A stretch of 64,000 nt of DNA from Octopus bimaculoides (lineage: Eukaryota), in the NCBI RefSeq assembly GCF_001194135.2, contig NC_068981.1:40361821-40425820 (forward strand). The letters run 5' to 3'. Under the pieces are notes generated by a model. That model was not told the origin of the DNA, searched no databases, and saw only the letters and a program-made list of their open reading frames with translations. Every line of letters begins with the position of its first letter. Positions within the stretch are counted from its first letter, which is position 1. A program made the translations under genes and the position numbers. Positions 23,221 through 35,559 of this stretch are shown here, in pieces.

Positions 23221-24096
23221 CTTGGTCTGACCAGTAAGTATCCGGAGTGAAACTACTCGGCACAGATTGACCTTCACCTCTGCTGTGCATGCGCACTAAG
23301 TTTTAACACCCTAGCTCATCTCCACTGTTTACAGCAGTGCTTGGAAGGAACGTGTGTAGCGTGTGTAGCGTGTGTAGCGTGTGAATAGTGGCACTGACCA
23401 TGACAGAGAATGTTGAGTAGAGAATCTGCATCAAATTTTGCCAAAAGCTTGGTGATATCTGCTCAGAGGTCTACGCAAAGTTTTCAAAACGTTTTCATCG
23501 TTCTTGACACCATCAAGGAAATCTTGAGTAACTGAAACCCGAGTGTCTTTTTGGTCAGCTGAAAGCAGTTTTGGCACAAACTTGGCAGACACGCATTTCA
23601 TACCCAAATCTTCAGTGATAATGGACTGAACTGAATCGCAACTAATCTGCACATCCTCTGATAACTCACGGATGGTAATTGACGATCTCCCCTCAGAGCT
23701 TCAGGCACATCTGCGATGTTTTTCTCAGTTCTGCTGGTTGCACGTCTCCCAGAACAGTCACCAATATCACATTTTTTCAGCATTCTTGGAAACGTCTGAA
23801 ACACTCGTACACTTGTGTGCGGCTCATACACTCCTCTCCATACACTTTCTGCAATTTTGTGTAGGCTTCTGAGCAGGTATCACCATGACAACTTTTTTTG
23901 TGGTCAATGCGACGATCACACGCTACACACCTTCCTACCAAGCACTGCTGTAAAAAGCAGAAGTGAGCTAGAACGTTAAAACTTAGTACGCATGCACAGC
24001 AAAGTTCAAGGTCAATTTTTTGCCAAGCAGCTTTACTCTGCGTACTTTTGCTTCGTTTCTATGGCAACAGTCCGGATACTTATTGATCAGACCTCG
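23221..24096. mobile_element. Rearranged mariner made of two inverted 5' ends
   Basis: Left arm (+): TIR, 5'UTR, MTENVE*RICIKFCQKLGDICSEVYAK. Right arm (-): TIR, 5'UTR, GDTCSEAYTKLQKVYGEECMSRTQVYE...LGMKCVSAKFVPKLL. TA on both outer sides (23219-20, 24097-98). Confidence 0.9.
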
Positions 24097-26404
24097 TATA
24101 AAGTATTATGTGTTGAAATTGGTTCAATCGAAATGAACTGATTTCATAAGTAGTACTCAATACAAAATACAAGTGTATAGTTTTATATTTTTGTCTTTAA
24201 CGCTTAGAACAATTATCAATTACGGTTTCACACTTAGGTCGTCAGCGAGTGGCAGGTGTTGTGGCAGAACGACAATACCTTTTGCTGTGTTCTACATACT
24301 AGATAAATTTATCAACATTTCTCTGTCTTTTTTCAAAGAATTCCAGAAGACTTCCACACTCTCTCCGTCATGTATCATATAAAAAAAAAATATCAATATT
24401 TTAAACTCACGGCTTACAATTAAATGTAAATAAAATGAAAAATAAAAATTGAGGATAAACATTTCAAAATTGGGTAGATGAATACAATAATCGGCAGTCA
24501 GCGAAGGGAAGATGAGGTTAGTTATTTGTATCTTATCACTGGACTACGATGTGTTTCTGTTCAACAAAATGAGCACCACTAGTTTGAAGCTGTTGTAACT
24601 CTTTAGCCTTCGATCAACCTCGAAAGAACTGACTCGTGAATATAGATATTTCAGTCTTTTCGTCGACATTCTTTGTCCAAGACTACATCATTAAATGCGT
24701 CCTTCTATAAAACTATGAAGAGTGATTTAAAGCAGATTGATCAATCGCACAGAGGTTCTCTCGTTAGCTTAGGCTCTTCTTCCCCAAGTTATTGACTTTT
24801 TTAGCCCTTTGACCTGACCTAATAGGGCTAACGACATTCCAGTGGTATGACTAATTCGTTCTGTTTTCAGACAATGTACATACGCTTATATATTATCCAA
24901 TGAACTCTTCTTTTCAGTCGGTAAGATTCTCTATCTCCCGTTGTGACTTTCAAGTCAGTTCGGATTATTTTCTAAGCAGGGATCATGGGTGATATTCTTC
25001 AGTGTTGTTGGCAATGACTACGCTACAGTATTGACGGAGAGAAAGGAAAAAAAAATTTTTGCCTCCTATTCACAAGAAGAATTGGCTGACCATATACAAA
25101 CTGGTGATAATCCTTATGAATTCATTGCGATTTGGATTTTAAGAATCTTCATATTTAATTATCATATTATAGTCTGAAGAACATTGCTGAGTAGAGGTAA
25201 ACTCTTAGCGACACGGTTTCCATCCTCAGTTAGAGACATTTTACTTCACTCACGTTTGTAATGCCCTTCGACACAACATAAACGTCAAAGAATCTCGTTA
25301 CCCACTCCCTCTATAAACCTGAGATTCTTATACTTGAAGCTACTGTTAGTAGATATATTGATTTATTGTCATGCGATCGAAGAATCTATCACCCTTCGAG
25401 ACACCATAAGCATTATACAATCTTATTACACTTTCCCCTTTATAAATCTGAGATTCCTGCACCTAGAAATCAATACTGATAGATTCAACCAGCGATTGAT
25501 TAATCAATAATTCGAAGAATTAATGCTGACTAAATCAATTGAGTGCTAGACTGCTAGTTGGTATTCTGTCATCAACTATGATATGGCGACTCGTGGGTAT
25601 GTAGCCTAACTTGCATCACTATTTCCGCAAAAGTAGTGAATTCCAAGCTTCGGAGTTTGGCAGTCTCTGCATAGTCTTTCACTAAATATACATTTGCTTA
25701 GTATACAGAACACTTCCCTGGCATATTTTCACTGAGCCATATTGGTGTGATATTGAATACCAGTTATTTAATGGAATGTTTTGAAGGATGAAGTATAAGA
25801 GTAGCGCCAGGCTTTTTGGACCTATTGTAATCTTGTTTCCAAGCCATATTCTAATCAAGTCCCAATCATTCATCAAAGGTTACTTAACAAATACTCATAG
25901 CAATGAGTTCACGTATATGCGTAAAGTCTTCTTTCGGAAGAAGAAATATTTCCAAGAGCTGAGGACCAGGTACAAGCACAAATCTAATGCAAAAGGTGTA
26001 TCGTATAATTAATGAATATTACATTAGCTTCAAATGCTAGGCTAGAACTTTATTATGGACCTAGAGTAGTCAAGAGCATAATTAATGTGGTGTAGAAAGG
26101 AAATGCCAGAAGAGAAGAAAATGGAAGGAAAGAAGAAAGGAAAGAGGAAAGATGGAAAGAAGAGAAAGAAGGAGGGGAAGAAATAAATTAATAATAAACA
26201 ATACCCTAAATAGATAGATACCCTTTGAATTAAGTTTGATATATATATATATATANNNNNNNNNNNNNNNNNNNNNNNNNNNNNNNNNNNNNNNNNNNNN
26301 NNNNNNNNNNNNNNNNNNNNNNNNNNNNNNNNNNNNNNNNNNNNNNNNNNNNNNNNNNNATATATACATACATACATACATACATACATACATACATACA
26401 TACA

Positions 26405-26757
26405 TAAAAGGATTTCCTTCCCAACATGGTTCTGTGTTCAGTCTCTCTGAGTGGCACTCAAGGAAGATGTCTACTACTATAACCTTGTGCCGACCAAAAC
26501 CTTGTGAGTGGATTTGGTAGACGGAAACTGAAAGGAACCAGTCATGTATATGTGTGGGGATAGGCGTTTGTTCACCACCGCTTGACAACTGGTGTTGGTG
26601 TGTTTACATCCCTGTAACTTAACCGTTCGACAAACGAGACCGATAGAATTAGAAACCGGCTTTAAAAAAAAGTACTAAGGATGATTCATTCGACTAAAAT
26701 TCTTCAAGGCGATGCTCCTGCTTGACTGTTGTCTAATGACTGAAACAAGTAAAAGGT
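26405..26757 (+). mobile_element. tRNA-derived SINE family C
   Basis: Core ccgaccaaaaccttgtgagtggatttggtagacggaaactgaaag. Related pieces at 7712-7850(-), 34128-34420(+), 55925-56020(-) and 62285-62870(+). Confidence 0.75.
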
Positions 26758-27852
26758 AAAAGCTCTATATAGTGGATTTTCCTATGAGCTTCAACATATG
26801 AGGTTCTGATAGCCAATATTATAGCTGTTATACTATTCATACAGATGATTTGTTTTTTAGTAATGAGGGTATGTGTAGGACCAACCACACTATTTTGGAA
26901 ATGCTGATAGCAAATAGTGAGTGCAGATGTTTGCCACAAACTCAGTGAACCACATACTTCGGACTTTTCCGTAAGAGTTCTCTACCGCCTTTGTTAGTTG
27001 CTGCCATCGTGAGTTAGTTCACCGTGAGTTAGTTCCGTGGGTTAATTGCATCGCCTGGGTTAGTTGCTTTCAGCCTACCATGGCAGGCTAAATGCGTCCT
27101 GAGTAACAAACCAAAAACAACTGAGTACTCGCACATACCTATGTATCATTTAATTGAATTGTCAGTGATTCTTCCTTTGACAGGTTTTGGTTTTCATCTT
27201 GCAGGGTGTCCATTCGGCAAGCAGGCTTGGTAGTGTTGCCAGCTTAGTCACCGACGACCCGTCTTGCAGCAGGTTGTACTGGGTTGCGTATTACCGGTGA
27301 CACTCAAGAGCAACCTGACATTATATGTGTGTGCGTGAATGTGTGCGTGCGCGTGTCTGTATTTATATATATATACTCACAAGTAAGCAGCACACACACA
27401 CACACACACAAGTAGAAATAGGAAATAAAGAAAAAAAAGCAATAAACAAAGACAAACCAATAAGTATACTTTCATACGCCCCAGGATAAATTGAATAACG
27501 AAAGGCAAAGCAAAATTCAACAATATCTTCTTTAATCCGATAAATATTATGGAATTGCTGCTTAGTATTAATGTATTATCTCTAAAGTACATAAAACTCG
27601 TTAAACGACTGACCTCTTAAGCTTCAAATATTATATTTATGTTGCATGGTTGCATTTTTAGAAGTTATGTTTCTTTCATGAATAAATTACTTAATTTATT
27701 TAACTGACGTTTTGCTGTAATCATGTATAATTAAACATAAATGAATAAATACACACATAAGAACTCATGACATATACATGCTTGTGTATATATATCGTCA
27801 CACACGTGTATGCATATACACACAGATACACATATACATACACTCATATATG

Positions 27853-27931
<79 letters not shown>

Positions 27932-28007
27932 TTATGCATGTGTGGGTGTGGGTGGGTGTCTGTCTGTCTGTGTGTCTGTGTGTCTCTGTGTGTGCGTGTG
28001 TGTGTGG

Positions 28008-28488
28008 AAATAGAAACATAATTATTTCTAAATCTCTCCAAGAGAGATATTAAATATCACTTCTTTAAAGTAAAGACTATTTGCCAACATAATGTGGCTG
28101 TCCTGGATGGGACGATTGTTATTGTCATTTAGCCCCAGGAAACAACGTTTCCTGCTGGCTATACGACACAATATCTGTGTCCTTATATTTTCGGACAAGG
28201 AGCCCAGCACCCACATCCAGCACAAAGTAACATCTGTGGACCGGTTTCTGGGTTATTGCTCTTTATCAGCACAGAGTAGCTGCTCGACTAGGTGGCGTAA
28301 CTGAATTCCCGTTCGAAAATATATGATTTTTAGAGTGACACACAATTACTGATCTAATAAATAGAAACATTATTTCTAAATCTCTCAAAGTGAGATATTC
28401 AGTAACAGTTCTTTAAAATGAAGACTATTTGCCGACACAATGTGGCTGTCCAGGATGGGACGATTGTTACTGTTGTTTAGCCCCAGGG
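28008..28488 (+). repeat. Diverged ~350-bp tandem duplication running into a gap
   Basis: aatagaaac...ttatttctaaatctctc...gactatttgcc...tttagccccagg occurs from 28008 and again from ~28360. The second copy is cut by N28489-28627. Confidence 0.85.
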
Positions 28489-29243
28489 NNNNNNNNNNNN
28501 NNNNNNNNNNNNNNNNNNNNNNNNNNNNNNNNNNNNNNNNNNNNNNNNNNNNNNNNNNNNNNNNNNNNNNNNNNNNNNNNNNNNNNNNNNNNNNNNNNNN
28601 NNNNNNNNNNNNNNNNNNNNNNNNNNNTATATATATATATGTATATGTATATGTATATATATGCATAATCAAAATAAGCAACAAAGATATCCAGAGGTAA
28701 TGCAGTACGATCGTTTCATACAACTCTATTTAATTGAACAATGTATATGTATACATATATATGTGCGTGTGTGTATAAATAAGTTGCCTGGAGGCTGTGG
28801 TCGCATTATCTTATGTATGTTCTTTACTTTAAATGTCCTCGCGACATTTAAATTATCGTGAGCCAGTATAAATTTAAATAAAGAAGTATTACTACCTTTA
28901 TTAATGATAATAATACGGTGGCTCGCAATTTTGCACCCATACAGGCAAAATATAAGCTAAATCTAGATTCAGTAGGGTACTTAAATACCACTTGCTATAA
29001 TCGGAGCCATCGCTCGAAAACCACTATTGAGGCCCGCAAGATGGTGGCACAGTCGGAGGTCGACAGTAAATGGCAAAGGGTGATAATCCCTTATTGTTTA
29101 CCTTTGTAGCGAGGCTTTTCCCCCTCCATATTTTGAAGTCTTAGGCCAACAGGTTTTGGGGTCTGACGATACGCCATAAAGCTGAACCCTATATGTACGG
29201 GAAACCCAGGGTAATCCCATAAACCGGCCTTCCCCACTTTTAG

Positions 29244-29274
<31 letters not shown>

Positions 29275-29915
29275 TAGTATTGGCCATCCCTATCATTTTT
29301 TCTTCCATTTATCACTTCTTCCCCATCAGGCAGGCATTCTCTTATTACTAACCCTACTATTTATTTATTTGTTACTAGATAAAGCTAGATGTATGGTTGC
29401 AGTACATTGAGAGTTTAGTAAATTGTTGACATTAATTGATTTATCACTATTAACTAGAATACAGTTGTCAACTCCCAATGGAGTGAATTTTAAATGGTTG
29501 AAGACTGACTACATTCTACATAATGTCTTTTGAATATAAGTAACTAGATCACTACTCTATTTATCCTGACCCTCACTATTTCCCTTGCTACTCTAAATTA
29601 TAGTAGGCTTGACGTGGTATGCATTATTTTCTAAATTCATTCTGCCACGGATATGACAAAAGAAACAATGTAAATATTTTTAGTTCTATTATTGATGTAA
29701 ATATATTTCAAAAATTGGTAATATCGTTATGTTTGAAGTCTATGCGGTCATCTGACAAGAACGGCTTTTTTCAAAAGTATGTAATGTTTTCATTAATCAC
29801 TAAAGGAGCCGCTTGAAACGGCCGTAATGAATTGACACCTGTACATCTTTGTTACTTATTTATATTCTGTTCACCTAACTTGGAATCTGCACTACGGAAA
29901 TACTATAGAAAGTAC

Positions 29916-30005
29916 CTTTATAAAAGTATATGTCTGAGCGGATATCTTCACTTAGCTGGGTTGCACTGTCTACACTTAAAGCAGAAATATCAGGTACAAA
30001 CACCC
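29916..30005 (-). CDS. Candidate 90-nt phase 1-1 exon with hemopexin-like ending (VFVPDISALSVDSATQLSEDIRSDIYFYK)
   Basis: Acceptor ccgtgcag downstream of a ~220-nt pyrimidine tract (30050-30270 on minus); donor AAG|gtactt; open frame. Confidence 0.3.
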
Positions 30006-31506
30006 CTGCACGGAGTCTTAATATTCAATATTCAATGTATAGGGATGGTGGGGTTGGAAGGTGTAGGGATGAGATAACGAGGGAGGGAGTGACGATGAAG
30101 GGAGAGGGTGGAATGGAAAAGGTGATTAGGAGTGAAGAGAGGAAGAAAGTACCAGAGCAAGAGGGGAGAGGTGGGTGAGAGGAAGTAGGTGTGAGAGGAA
30201 GAGAGGAGAGAGGAAGATGGTTAGATGAAGAGAGGTGGAGAGTTGAGCCCACGTGGTGCAAAGGAGCGAAGAAAGAAGATTAATCCCTGCTCACGGCAAA
30301 GACGGGAGTCCGGATGGCCCCTGTGCAAGGACAATCCGAACACAGGTAGGTTTTCTCAACATTGGTGCTGAAGCAGTTAATTTCGTCGCCAACAACTCCA
30401 ATGACTATTGGTAGAAAGCTAAAGTTTTAGTGCAGGTGGAGCAGCTGCAGATTTCTCATCTGTTCCCATACTTTATTTATTTATTTATGTACGTATGAAT
30501 GAATGTATTTTGGAGTTGTCTTGCGAGTGACTTGACATGAGACTTTGTACTGAAACTGAAACAACTAAAACAAGGATAGAAGCATTCTAGCCAAGTATTA
30601 ACGCACTGACCTATTAAATTCATATTAAAATCCATTCAGTTTATAAAATATTAAAATATTTGTTGCACAACTACAGCAGAGAAACTGTATCTGTGACAAG
30701 TTCGCAGTAGTGCGATGCAAATTTTGACACCTAATGAAATCTGTTTAAAATTGAAATGAATTTAGTACCTTTATGTAATATCAAACGGTTAGAATTTTTT
30801 CCCACGATGTAATTACCGAGAGATCAAGATTAAAATTTAGTATTAATACTTATTCTGTCACCATTAATTGTCTTTTAGTAAGCATACAGGTTCTCTGTGA
30901 CATCAGTGCTCGAATGAACATTAAGATTCAATATATCGTTGACGGGAAATTCGACTGTTATCGCGCTGCTGGACATTTGTGACTAAGAAACTAATAGCAG
31001 GATGAAATCGTGTGGTCTGGTAGTTCTGGCGGCCGTAGCAGACAATTCTCGTCTGTCAATGGTATAATTACGAGTGCTTTTATGCACCACGAGAACTTAC
31101 GAGAGATTCTCTCCAGGTAAATAACGCAGTATTCTGTGTTCTAAGAACCTCCACGTTAAGTGGAGATTAAGATTACCTTTTGGTTTTAATACTGCTTTTG
31201 TCGTTATTATGTGGGGGTACGCGCGTGTGCATGTGTAATCGTTAATTTGTGTGTTTCTTTGTGGCGCTCCAACATAACCGCAGCCGCATGACTAAAACGA
31301 GTAAAAGAATAAAAGAATGTGCGTGTGTGTGTATGTGTGTGTGTGGGGGGGGGGTACATATAACCCTATATATGTGTAAGTATATGTATGTAAGAAGATA
31401 TGCTCTACAAGTATCATCATCGTCAACATTTGACGTCCGTTTTTCATGCTGGCATGTGATGCAGTTTTGACAAAATGGCTGCCCTTCTTAATGTCAATCA
31501 CCTCAC

Positions 31507-31603
31507 AGTGTGTGCTGGGTGCTATTTTCGTGCCACCGGCATAAGTGACATTGCCAAGCAGCAGGAAGAAAAAGGAAAGAGCGAGGAAGAGAAAAGCCTT
31601 CAT
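31507..31603 (-). CDS. Candidate first coding exon encoding a signal peptide (MKAFLFLALSFFFLLLGNVTYA|GGTKIAPSTH)
   Basis: ATG, basic residue, hydrophobic core and TYA|G cleavage-like site. Donors gtgagg (31506) or gtgatt (31501). TATA and Inr-like motifs just upstream. Caveat: CT-rich DNA can mimic signal peptides. Confidence 0.4.
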
Positions 31604-31615
31604 GACTTAAGTGGA

Positions 31616-31648
31616 GGTTGATATTAGGAAAGTGAAAGTGGTTTTATA
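31616..31648 (-). promoter_or_regulatory. TATA box plus initiator-like element
   Basis: TATAAAA at 31648-31642; TCA of tcaacc has its A at 31619, 29 nt downstream of the first T; ATG 16 nt further on. Confidence 0.4.
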
Positions 31649-32656
31649 CCAGGTGCTGAGGTATGACAGAAGGACAGGAAGAGGTGTATTGCTATAGAGG
31701 AGATACGTGACTACCTCACACTATAAAGGTGAGAAGCAGTAATAGGGAAGATCAAGATAAAGAAAGATTGATAGTGATGGTGTGCCAGAGCAAACTCTCA
31801 ATGTGAGTGAGCATAAGATAAGATATGGTCAAAGGATTAGGTGGGGTGAAGTAAGAAAGTGAGGAGAGAGTAACAAATAGTTAGAGAGAGGACAGAGGTG
31901 GGTGTATTGAATGATATGTAAATAATAAATGTATTTTAAACATTTACGAGTTTTTGAAATTTAGGTGCATTTTCAACAATACATTTTCCTATATATTTAT
32001 ACACACACACATACACACACATACGCACGCACAAACACAATATCCTATATATACATGCATATATATATATGTATATATATANNNNNNNNNNNNNNNNNNN
32101 NNNNNNNNNNNNNNNNNNNNNNNNNNNNNNNNNNNNNNNNNNNNNNNNNNNNNNNNNNNNNNNNNNNNNNNNNNNNNNNNNNNNNNNNNNNNNNNNNNNN
32201 NNNNNNNNNNNNNNNNNNNNNNNNNNNNNNNNNNNNNNNNNNNNNNNNNNNNNNNNNNNNNNNNNNNNNNNNNNNNNNNNNNNNNNNNNNNNNNNNNNNN
32301 NNNNNNNNNNNNNNNNNNNNNNNNNNNNNNNNNNNNNNNNNNNNNNNNNNNNNNNNNNNNNNNNNNNNNNNNNNNNNNNNNNNNNNNNNNNNNNNNNNNN
32401 NNNNNNNNNNNNNNNNNNNNNNNNNNNNNNNNNNNNNNNNNNNNNNNNNNNNNNNNNNNNNNNNNNNNNNNNNNNNNNNNNNNNNNNNNNNNNNNNNNNN
32501 NNNNNNNNNNNNNNNNNNNNNNNNNNNNNNNNNNNNNNNNNNNNNNNNNNNNNNNNNNNNNNNNNNNNNNNNNNNNNNNNNNNNNNNNNNNNNNNNNNNN
32601 NNNNNNNNNNNNNNNNNNNNNNNNNNNNNNNNNNNNNNNNNNNNNNNNNNNNNNNN

Positions 32657-32842
32657 AGACTTATCGTCCGATGAATTTACTTCGTTGACATTCTTCATTG
32701 ACAGAATTTTTATTCCTTTCAACCTTTCAGTCAAGTCCGCCTTTCTTCCAGTAACATACTGTCCATATAATCTTAAATATTTCTTTAACTCAGGCACAGT
32801 AAGTACTTCGATAGCTGAATCATCAAGCTGCTTTATATCCAT
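32657..32842 (-). CDS. N-terminus of a SAP-domain protein, truncated by an assembly gap (host gene or DNA-transposon ORF)
   Basis: LTVPELKKYLRLYGQYVTGRKADLTERLKG fits the SAP consensus (LTV-ELK--L---GL--SG-KA-LI-RL). Stop-free from the ATG to the gap N32082-32656. Confidence 0.7.
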
Positions 32843-33565
32843 GATAAGACGTAAAACAATAACAATGGCGTGGGTTAGCCTCCGGAAGTTTAATTATCTA
32901 CATGGAGCGCCGCCTAGCCAAGGGAGATAACCTACTTATAGGAAAGCCCTATACACACACAACTATACACACACAACACATTTATATATATATATATATA
33001 TATCTACACACACATAACTAGCTATGTATACACACAACTAGCTGTATATACATACATATGTATGTGTATATATATGTATAATCGTTTATAGATATGTTTG
33101 TATACATGCGTAGATGCACACACATATTAGCATACGCCCGCGCGTACCAACGCACGCACACGAACATACACATTCATTACCAGAAACGTAAAGTAGACTT
33201 AGGAAAGTGTGATTGAAATAAACACACATTAAATTTCGGTGTCCAAATTTTGCGTGTATACAATAAATAACTATAAGCTACTATTCACTCTGTTGACATG
33301 AATGAGTACTGATCTCTGATGAGGCGTTAATGAATGGTGACACTAGTTATATCGATCTTTTCTTCCAACTACAATAAGAAAAACCTCTTGTTTAAGCAAT
33401 ACAATCTATTTTTTCAGAGAGAGGCTTAATGTGTATTAGCTAAAGTCACGAGAGTAAATTTACCGTACATTTCTTCTTACTTAGATCTTGTATAACGCCT
33501 CTATTAATGATGTTTATCTGTCTGGCTATTCATCTATCTGTCTATCTATCTATCTGTCTTTTCAA

Positions 33566-33678
<113 letters not shown>

Positions 33679-33979
33679 TTTGCATATGTAAATATGTGTG
33701 TGTGTGTATGTATGAATGTATGCATGTTTGTATGTCATTATTCAGTTTATTTCAAGATTTCTTGCCAATAGAGAAAAAACCGATTTCTAACCTAGATCCA
33801 AAGTTCCTTCATTGGCATTTCAACATCAACAACAGGGTATTTTTGTTTTATGTATGTATGTATGTATGTATGTATGTATGTATACATGTATGTATGTATG
33901 CATGTATGTCTGTAGTATGTGTATGTATGCACACAAACACACACACACACACACATATATGCTCATACACATATACGTA

Positions 33980-34014
<35 letters not shown>

Positions 34015-34549
34015 TATATATACACACACACATATATACACACACACACTCGCCCGCACACACATGCACCCACGCACACACACACACACACACATACTTA
34101 AGCATGCATGTGTACATGTATACATATAAGGCTTTTGCTTCAGAAATGTGTGAGTTCGAGCTCTGTATAGCACCGTGATAAAATGTCAAGTGCTTTTAGA
34201 AATCAAAAACCTTTCAGTTGTGACTCTTTGGTTCTTATGGAAACTTTTGATCGAACACAACCTTGTGAGTTAAATTTCACACTCTATAGATGGGAACTAC
34301 GGTGGAACCATTCCTATTTTTTTATAGTAGACTAAATAATTCGGCAGCGGTTTCACCTTCGGTGACCTGGGAAGTGTCTTCTCTTTGAAACTAATTCAGT
34401 CAAGCCGTCAATCTTCTCTGCATTTCATATGTGATGGATGCCTTGAAAGAAAATTTACCGTTCTTTCTCTGACTAAGCTTTTAAAAAAATAAACTATAAC
34501 ACTTAAATGTTTACAAGTGGATGTATTTGTAACTGCATGCGCGTGTGCA

Positions 34550-34589
<40 letters not shown>

Positions 34590-34680
34590 CGTGCGTGCGT
34601 GCGCGTGCGCGTTTTCGACGAAGGTGACTATATGGCAACTCCGAAGTAGCTGTCAAACTTCCTTGTAAAAATTATATATA

Positions 34681-35036
34681 CAGGTGTTGGACAAAATAAT
34701 GGAAATACCTAGCATCATAGCATCATAATTTTGAAATATCTATAAAACCGTCATAAGCTTGTTTTATTATGCATCTTTTTAGTTATTATTAGTGTTGCTT
34801 AATATGTTTTGCTAAAATTGCTGTTTCTTTTCAGATATCATCAGAAAAAGGTAATTAAAATTCATTGAAATGACAGATCTATGGGATTTTCAAAGAGATC
34901 AAATTGTTGGTGCTCGTATGCATGCGCTAGCGTAACGAAAACAGCCGAAATGTTTGGTGTATCAAGAAGTGCTGATTCGAAAGTAATGACAGCCTTTGAG
35001 AAAGAGGGAAAAACCTCTTCGTGGAAATAAAACTCC
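34681..35036 (+). mobile_element. Tc1-like transposon left end with transposase N-terminus
   Basis: ta|caggtgttggacaaaataatggaaa terminus. ATG at 34870 gives MTDLWDFQRDQIVGARM / ASVTKTAEMFGVSRS..SKVMTAFEKEGKTSS, a Tc1 paired-like HTH, frameshifted. Confidence 0.85.
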
Positions 35037-35054
35037 ATTGAAAACTGAAAACGT

Positions 35055-35555
35055 TTCTCTCACGGGTTTTCAGTGCATAGGGGAAGGGGGGCTAGTGAAA
35101 AAAAAAATTTTCTTTTTTTTATCGTGAAAAATGCCTCCCATCATTCTGAAGACTTTGGTGAAAAACATTGGAAGAAAAGTCCCCGTCAAAACGGAGAAAT
35201 TCCAAATTATGTGTTCTGTCTGATCCGAAACTCCGTTTTCGAGAAACTACCCCGCCACGCACCTTTCCAAAAACCTTGCCTACAAATTTCTTTGTAATCG
35301 TAGTCTACACCGTTTGAAAGGTATTTGTATGAAATTTCATTAAAAAATACCTATTTCCCAGAAAGTTATAAGGGGGAAAATTTCGGGTCCTGTGAATTTT
35401 CTGAAACTCCTCTCTCCAACCCCTCAAAAACATTTTCCCAACAAATCTTTACATGCACTCAATCTACAGGATATAAATGATTATTTGGTGAAAGTTTCGA
35501 TAAAAAGTATCCATTTTTCTGGAAGTTATGAGGCAACAAAGTCGATGGGGTACTA
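35055..35555. mobile_element. Probable non-autonomous DNA-transposon internal fragment
   Basis: Two diverged sub-repeats gaaa(t/g)tttc..taaaaa.ta.c.attt..c.g(a)aagttat..gg at ~35330 and ~35490; it truncates the Tc1 copy. No TIR pair identified. Confidence 0.45.
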
Positions 35556-35559
35556 AACA

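Noticed and set aside
24977-26010. Exon-like frames at 24977-25103(+) and 25983-25912(-)
   Set aside because: Weak donors, no recognisable motif, and several competing frames.
31427-31620. Plus-strand 48-aa ORF MAALLNVNHLTVCAGC...EEEK
   Set aside because: It is the antisense of the signal-peptide exon; the purine-rich tail explains the E/K run and no promoter or splice support was seen.
33325-33345. ctgatgag hammerhead core
   Set aside because: No stem II or GAAA follows.
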